Of a stretch of 64,000 bases of DNA, positions 58,517 through 64,000 are shown in pieces. The position numbers and the translations under genes are program-made. The stretch's first letter is position 1. Each line of letters opens with the position of its first letter. The notes beneath the pieces are model-generated. The model had not been told where the DNA came from, ran no database searches, and saw nothing but the letters and a program-made list of their open reading frames with translations. This DNA is from Candidatus Woesearchaeota archaeon (GTDB lineage Archaea > Nanobdellota > Nanobdellia > Woesearchaeales > JAZDKJ01), in NCBI GenBank assembly GCA_043803105.1, contig JAZDKJ010000008.1:1-64000 (forward strand), in the 5' to 3' direction.

Positions 58517-58943
58517 TTTCGTGATATTTTTCTTGCGAAAACCCCATTTTTGAGCTTTTCGTGATATTTTTCTTGCGAAAATCTTTAACAGTTTTTTCAC
58601 ATATCTCAAATATAAACGCAGCCAATTCCTTTGCTTTCTGCAGGTTTTCTCCATTGATTTTGCCACCGTAAAGCTGACCTGGCCTGACCTTATTTTCGAG
58701 GTCCTGAAATTTGGACCATACACTCATTGTTTCTTGTCCGAAAATTACTTTGTTTTGCTCAAGTACTCTCCTGACATCCTGGTGCTTATTTATATGAATA
58801 CCAAACAAAACAGCACAAGATTCAATGGCATGAAACGATGCCTCGAAATATGAATTGATCCTAGTCATGGGTGAGTTATCACTGTTCTCAGCATCCTTTC
58901 TGAACAAAAGATATTTTTTCTCATGGATTTCGAATGATGACAT
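58500..58943 (-). CDS. HEPN-like toxin
   Basis: YFEASFHAIE, NKHQDVR, RPGQLYG; adjacent to the MNT gene. Confidence 0.7.
   Translation of the reverse strand: MSSFEIHEKKYLLFRKDAENSDNSPMTRINSYFEASFHAIESCAVLFGIHINKHQDVRRVLEQNKVIFGQETMSVWSKFQDLENKVRPGQLYGGKINGENLQKAKELAAFIFEICEKTVKDFRKKNITKSSKMGFSQEKYHENAEGI
58516..58581. repeat. 26-bp direct repeat of an imperfect palindrome (2 copies, 40-bp period)
   Basis: ttttcgtgatatttttcttgcgaaaa at 58516-58541 and 58556-58581. Confidence 0.85.
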
Positions 58944-58992
58944 CTTGTTTACTCAAATATAATATATCCTCGATAGTATTTTGCTATTGTTT

Positions 58993-61900
58993 TCATGTTG
59001 TTGTTGCAGCAGCCTTCGGCTTTGCAGCAGGCTGAGTTGTGACCTTCTCGAGCTCTTTGCACATATCGTTAGCTGGCTTGAACAAATTCTTGATATTGTT
59101 GAAAGTGTTGGAGAGATCAACAATCACCTTTGAAAACTCTGCCACAAACTTCTGGGCAACGCAGAGGAAATGGCCCTGTGGATTTGTTGTCACAAGAGGG
59201 GTGCAGATGAGCTGGGTGATGCTGAAGACCATGGAGAAGGGATCAGAGAAAATGGTATAGATGTAATTGCCCAATTGCTTGAAGGTGTTTGCGAAAGGTA
59301 TTATCTGGAAAATCTCACCAAAGATGAATTTGCACTCAAGATAAGACTTCTGGTCCTCGCAGACCTTCAATGGAATCCTTTGGTTGGTGCTCTGCTGCAA
59401 GCAAACACCGTAGTTGCATTGGATCTGGCGCCACTGCTGCAATTTGTCGATAATGCCAGGAAGACAACCAGTGGCAAGGCTTAAGACAAGGCTATCCTTC
59501 GGGCTTTGAGGCCAGGGAGCTGACTTGAAGCCGTACTTGTCAAGGAGATTTATTTTCTGGTTGGAAAAATCCCATGTGCCAAGGTTAATGAGGCTGCCGT
59601 GCTGAGAACCTGAGGTTAGGTCACTAAAACTCTTGATATAACCATTATACCAGCTGCCCCACAAAGTAACGTCACAACTCACCATCATGCAAAACTTGTA
59701 GACTGAACCTGTCCAGGTAGTCTTGATCTTATCATTGAAATCAACGCCGAAACGCCATGATGTCGCGGCTGGCTGTGCTGCAGTGGTGGTTTTGGCAATG
59801 ATGTTCAGAGCTTGTCCAATCATGTTACCATAATAGACAATCTGGTTCCAGGTCTTGATTATAGAACACATGGTCTTTGCAAAACTCATGAACTTCTCCA
59901 AAGTGCTAATGAAGCTGAGCTTCACAAATGCGCTGTTCTTCACATCCTCAATTTTCTGCTTAGCCTCAGAAGTGAACTCTCCCAGAGGAAGGTTGTAGAA
60001 AAGCACGGTGACAGTAGCATTCTCTATTTCAGGGTTTTGGACAACAAAAAAGTTCTGTCCAGAAGAAACCTTTGACATAATGGTTAGAGGGCAAGTGAAC
60101 TTAAGCTGTGAAATCTTCATTGCTGTGGCCTTTAGAGTCACCTTAAGGAAAGGATCTCTGCTTCCAGGACCATCATTGAAGAGGCTAATATCACTGATGA
60201 AATCCATAGAATTGTTTGCAAGGCTAACACACTTTCCTTTGTCAAGGCTGATGCCCAAAGTGTCAGCACCGCTAAAGCCCGCAACCAGATGGACGTCACA
60301 GAAAACTCTCTGCTCAATAAGGGTGGTAACCTGTCTGTCAATCTTGTCTGGAGAGCAAGTAACCTCAGAAGTCCAATAATTGGGATTGGTCTCATTCTTT
60401 ATACCCTGCACAGAAACCATTACAGAAACAGTCACCTTGTTGTTTACAAAATCCTTGAAAGTGAAGTAAACAGGAGCCTTGAAAGGACCAGAACGGTCAA
60501 TCGGAGAGCTGTCCCAGACACATTCCCAGATTGTGCCTGTAATCAGTGAGCAAGCACCCTGAAGCCTTGAATCAGTGCTTATGACACGGGAAAAATTAGC
60601 AGAAGCTGTAACTTGCGAAGCGTCGCTAAGATTGGCACGGACTGCAAGCTTATCACCCTTAACAGTGTAGTTGACTCCCGGAACAACAAGAGAGCCGTGA
60701 ACAGTATTGATAACGATGCTCCTGACCTGGACAGGTGATGTGTCAACCTTAACAGTAATTGATTTTGCAGAATCTGCCTTATTGCCGAGGTCATCTGAAG
60801 AATCAAGGCTAACTACCACATCAGCCTCTGTACCTGTAGGAGCAGAAACAAGCCTGTTGTACCAATAGCATGTGTAAGAGCCAGTGCAATTGTCAGCCTG
60901 CTGCACACCCAGGTCAAGGCCTGAGAGGTCCAGGAAAATGTTGTGGTTCACCAGATTGCCTGCATTCTCCTGCACCTCAGCGATAAAAGTAGCATTGTGT
61001 CCAACAATCCATTGGCCATTCAACTGACCCATATTAGTGCGAATAGCTGTAACAACAGGGCCCTGGTTGTCAAAGGTCAGCTGCTGCAAGCTAATGGACA
61101 GAGGGCCAATAGAATTGCCTGCATTGTCGCGGCCGTAAACTTTTATAGTGGGCGTCTTGGTCTGGGAGAGCTGCACATTCAAGTTGAAGCGGACTACAGT
61201 ATTATCATCTACGACAGAAACGCTAATGGGACTCAAGTTGCCTGACTGGCCGTTAATGCCTGAGATGTCTGCTTTAATCGAAGACTGGAAAAGATCTGTA
61301 CCAGAAATATTAACTATCAAAAAGGACTGTATTGCAGAAGAGCCAACAAACTGCAACAGCAATGCATTGTCAGCACGATAGAGCCTCGCTGACCTGATTG
61401 AAGGAGCAAGCTTGTCAACAGTAAAGGAATCACAGCCAGCCCCTGACACTTGGTCAAAGCGGTCAGTAACCTTGCAGCAGATCCTTGACAATCCTGAAAT
61501 ATCAGTAACTGAAAGCTTGAAATTAGAGGATATGGAGCATTGCGAAGGGTCTGAGGGCTCAATCATTTTCAGGAGCGGGCCAGAAAAGTCATCCCGAAAA
61601 AACTCTATCTTCTTTATGCCTGAGCACTTAGAGGTATCGCCTTCGACATCAGCATAGTCTTCAGCAACAGAGTCAACAGTTATGTTCACACCATTAGTCA
61701 GATGCGGTGAGACAGAGATGGACTTAACAACAGGAGCCAAGAGATCTGTCGTTACGTAAACAGCCTCTGAACGCATCATCTTTCCAGAATCATTGAGGAG
61801 CTTTACCTGGTAACTGACTGTGCCAGAACGATAACCAGTCTCATAATACTTGCAGTTAAAAGCTCCACCAGAACCTGTGCAGGAATTAAACCAGAAAGAA

Positions 61901-62148
61901 TTTGCCTGGACCTGGCTTCGATTAATGTCTGCATCATTATCGATCTGGGCATCAACATCAATGGTCAGATTATCAAAATATTTCCTGTAGCCGTGCTTGG
62001 GAGCATTCTCAGACTGGGTATAAATGCCATCCTTCCCGGAAATGCTGTTGACCCGAAGGAACGAGCCTGCAAGGGCAGAAGTAAAACAAAATGGCATGCT
62101 TATGACAAGCACAATCAACCACAATGCTACCGAATGGTTCAAACTCAT
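58993..62148 (-). CDS. Large secreted Ig-repeat protein (1051 aa) with Cys-rich helical C-terminal domain
   Basis: Signal peptide; GRDNAGN/SDDLGN/KDFVNN Ig motifs; C-terminal Cys pattern shared with the 2135-aa protein. Confidence 0.85.
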   Translation of the reverse strand: MSLNHSVALWLIVLVISMPFCFTSALAGSFLRVNSISGKDGIYTQSENAPKHGYRKYFDNLTIDVDAQIDNDADINRSQVQANSFWFNSCTGSGGAFNCKYYETGYRSGTVSYQVKLLNDSGKMMRSEAVYVTTDLLAPVVKSISVSPHLTNGVNITVDSVAEDYADVEGDTSKCSGIKKIEFFRDDFSGPLLKMIEPSDPSQCSISSNFKLSVTDISGLSRICCKVTDRFDQVSGAGCDSFTVDKLAPSIRSARLYRADNALLLQFVGSSAIQSFLIVNISGTDLFQSSIKADISGINGQSGNLSPISVSVVDDNTVVRFNLNVQLSQTKTPTIKVYGRDNAGNSIGPLSISLQQLTFDNQGPVVTAIRTNMGQLNGQWIVGHNATFIAEVQENAGNLVNHNIFLDLSGLDLGVQQADNCTGSYTCYWYNRLVSAPTGTEADVVVSLDSSDDLGNKADSAKSITVKVDTSPVQVRSIVINTVHGSLVVPGVNYTVKGDKLAVRANLSDASQVTASANFSRVISTDSRLQGACSLITGTIWECVWDSSPIDRSGPFKAPVYFTFKDFVNNKVTVSVMVSVQGIKNETNPNYWTSEVTCSPDKIDRQVTTLIEQRVFCDVHLVAGFSGADTLGISLDKGKCVSLANNSMDFISDISLFNDGPGSRDPFLKVTLKATAMKISQLKFTCPLTIMSKVSSGQNFFVVQNPEIENATVTVLFYNLPLGEFTSEAKQKIEDVKNSAFVKLSFISTLEKFMSFAKTMCSIIKTWNQIVYYGNMIGQALNIIAKTTTAAQPAATSWRFGVDFNDKIKTTWTGSVYKFCMMVSCDVTLWGSWYNGYIKSFSDLTSGSQHGSLINLGTWDFSNQKINLLDKYGFKSAPWPQSPKDSLVLSLATGCLPGIIDKLQQWRQIQCNYGVCLQQSTNQRIPLKVCEDQKSYLECKFIFGEIFQIIPFANTFKQLGNYIYTIFSDPFSMVFSITQLICTPLVTTNPQGHFLCVAQKFVAEFSKVIVDLSNTFNNIKNLFKPANDMCKELEKVTTQPAAKPKAAATTT

Positions 62149-64000
62149 GTTATCTTTGGAGCCAAAAGCTGCCTGTACGAATTGGAATAATCGCCTATCC
62201 TGCTAATCTGGTCAAGGTCTTCTATAACGCGGTCCTGCTCTGGAACATCAGCCAGGTCGACCTCTATCACGTAAAAGGTTATCTTCTTCTTGGAAAGGTC
62301 AGAAAATGTATAGTTAGCTACGATACCGCCAACAGGAGCAGGGGCATCTATTGTCATAAGTTCCTGAGGGACATAGAAACAATTGCTTGTCAAGAGTGAG
62401 TTTTCGCACCGCTTTTGAGGCCTGAAAATAATAGGCTGGTTCAAAAGCAGGCTAGCCTGGACAGAATAGGCACCGGGCGCAAGAGAAATCTCCTGTGGTG
62501 AATTGTTGAACTGCACAAGGAGAGAGTATTGTTCCTCACCAAGGGTTCCTAGCCTTTGCAGGTTCAAGGTGCCCCACTCGTCATTATCAAGGCCAACAGG
62601 ATTATCCCGCAACACCCATTTGCCAGCAGACTTCACAAGCTTATATTGCTGGACAGAAAGCTCAAGTGTAACCATTGGAACAAGCTCGAAAGTAAGAGAA
62701 TCCTGCTTTCCAATCTCTGTTGACAAGAACTTTGACTGCGAGACAAAACCTTCAGAAAGCACAGAAACCACACCGCCTAAACAGACAGGGAACTGGGCTT
62801 TAATGATACCGGATGAGGTCTTGCCAAGCGAGCAGCTTTCCTCAGCACAGCTGTAAGTAATCTGGGCTGCGTCGACAGGTGATTTATCATTTGCATTTTT
62901 CACAGCAATCGTGATGTTTCCTGAGTTTCTCTTGTCAGGATCACAAAACATGGAGGATTCTGAAGGCACAATACTGGACAATGGAACATAGGTGGTGTTG
63001 AGAGGCTCGTTTGCCCGGATGTTGCCTTCAAGAAAAAACTGGAATATGTAACCGCGATTATTCAATGCCTTAGGATCACTGATTGCCACAAGAACAGGAA
63101 ATGAGACATCATAAAGGAAATTATACCTTTGCACTCCAATAAGACTCACAATGTTGGATGAGGCAGACTCGTGACCACAGACATCGCCGTTGCAGTTAAG
63201 GCTAAAGTAAATCGGCCAGACAGGAAGGTAATTGAACTCGACAGCAAGGCTGGGAAAGGTCTTTTCTGAACGGACAAGCATTCCACTATTGTAAAGGGTT
63301 TCCCTGAAAGCATCTCCTGTTATAACAACAGGATGGTAGTTCATTGATTGGTAGACCTGAAGAGCGGGAATGTCGCGCACAAGGAGGTCTTGCACAAGAG
63401 ACTTAACCTTGGATTGGGACCAGAACTTGCCAGAACCAAACTCAAAATCGGTAGCGGCCATTGGGGGAAGCTTGCTCTCGTCAACTCCAGAATAGCCAAC
63501 AATAAGGTTGAGCAGGTCCTTTTCGAGGAACTTGTAATGAGCTTCCAATTCTGTAATGACTGAAGCCTGCTCATAAATCGACCTTAGGTCTACGGGAATC
63601 CTGAGGAAGAACTCATTCATATCATGCGAATTCCCATCCTTGGTTATCTTCAAAGGATAGTTCACGAAGAAACCAACATCCTTGCTGTAGACACTCGTTG
63701 TTGTCTTAATAGGACCAGACTGTTCAATTGTAAAACCCTGGAAAAGTGAGCTTGAGGCAAGGCAGTCAGCAAGATGAGAGTTCATGTATTCGTCAAGTTG
63801 GCCTTCAATAGATGGCTCGCCTTCGCTCCTGTAAAGATGGGGCCGATTGTAAGAGAACTCGCAGTTCATTGTGCAGGCATTATCACTCTTGAGAAAAAAC
63901 CAATAAGGAGAAACCAAACCTGAGCCTGGGACAAACTCAACAGCAGAAGCACTAGTGGGCTGCAGAGGATTTGTCAGCAAGCCAGATTGCATGGGGTTGA
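62145..64000 (-). CDS. Pilin-like large protein, paralog of 52246-54183 (5' end outside window)
   Basis: YNFLYDVSFPV...GYIFQF matches YHFTYDITYPV...GYLFAF; frame open to the window edge. Confidence 0.8.
   Translation of the reverse strand, partial: NPMQSGLLTNPLQPTSASAVEFVPGSGLVSPYWFFLKSDNACTMNCEFSYNRPHLYRSEGEPSIEGQLDEYMNSHLADCLASSSLFQGFTIEQSGPIKTTTSVYSKDVGFFVNYPLKITKDGNSHDMNEFFLRIPVDLRSIYEQASVITELEAHYKFLEKDLLNLIVGYSGVDESKLPPMAATDFEFGSGKFWSQSKVKSLVQDLLVRDIPALQVYQSMNYHPVVITGDAFRETLYNSGMLVRSEKTFPSLAVEFNYLPVWPIYFSLNCNGDVCGHESASSNIVSLIGVQRYNFLYDVSFPVLVAISDPKALNNRGYIFQFFLEGNIRANEPLNTTYVPLSSIVPSESSMFCDPDKRNSGNITIAVKNANDKSPVDAAQITYSCAEESCSLGKTSSGIIKAQFPVCLGGVVSVLSEGFVSQSKFLSTEIGKQDSLTFELVPMVTLELSVQQYKLVKSAGKWVLRDNPVGLDNDEWGTLNLQRLGTLGEEQYSLLVQFNNSPQEISLAPGAYSVQASLLLNQPIIFRPQKRCENSLLTSNCFYVPQELMTIDAPAPVGGIVANYTFSDLSKKKITFYVIEVDLADVPEQDRVIEDLDQISRIGDYSNSYRQLLAPKIT

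Noticed and set aside
58517-58723. N-terminal extension of the MNT ORF to 279 aa
   Set aside because: It overlaps the HEPN gene and the duplicated repeat; ATG 58516 gives a normal MNT start.

Overview
Archaeal chromosomal segment. Evidence: aCPSF1-psmB pair, aIF-1A, rpS8e, Sm-rpL37e, and tRNAs with bulge-helix-bulge (BHB) introns. Gene content (LspA, KRGQ-type pilin-like proteins, double-MNT/HEPN protein, multi-intron tRNAs) suggests a DPANN Woesearchaeota-like organism; this is an inference, no search was run. Main observations: (1) 16.2-26.0 kb holds one intact endonuclease III-like gene and two divergent 5' fragments, both cut at the same GAILTQ codon and followed by a shared non-coding element. 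That element recurs beside three toxin-antitoxin pairs, which fits serial site-specific integration of integrase-less islands into nth. (2) 45-64 kb is a co-oriented cluster of giant Cys-rich Ig/FN3 surface proteins, pilin-like proteins, paired membrane proteins and an SLT-like lytic transglycosylase, a candidate host-contact apparatus. (3) Three tRNAs carry five introns, including T-loop introns and a 7-nt anticodon micro-exon, and there are att-like remnants of tRNA-Gly. (4) A dispersed hairpin-repeat family is present. (5) There is an ApbE/ferric-reductase flavinylation locus. All family assignments come from motif recognition by eye.
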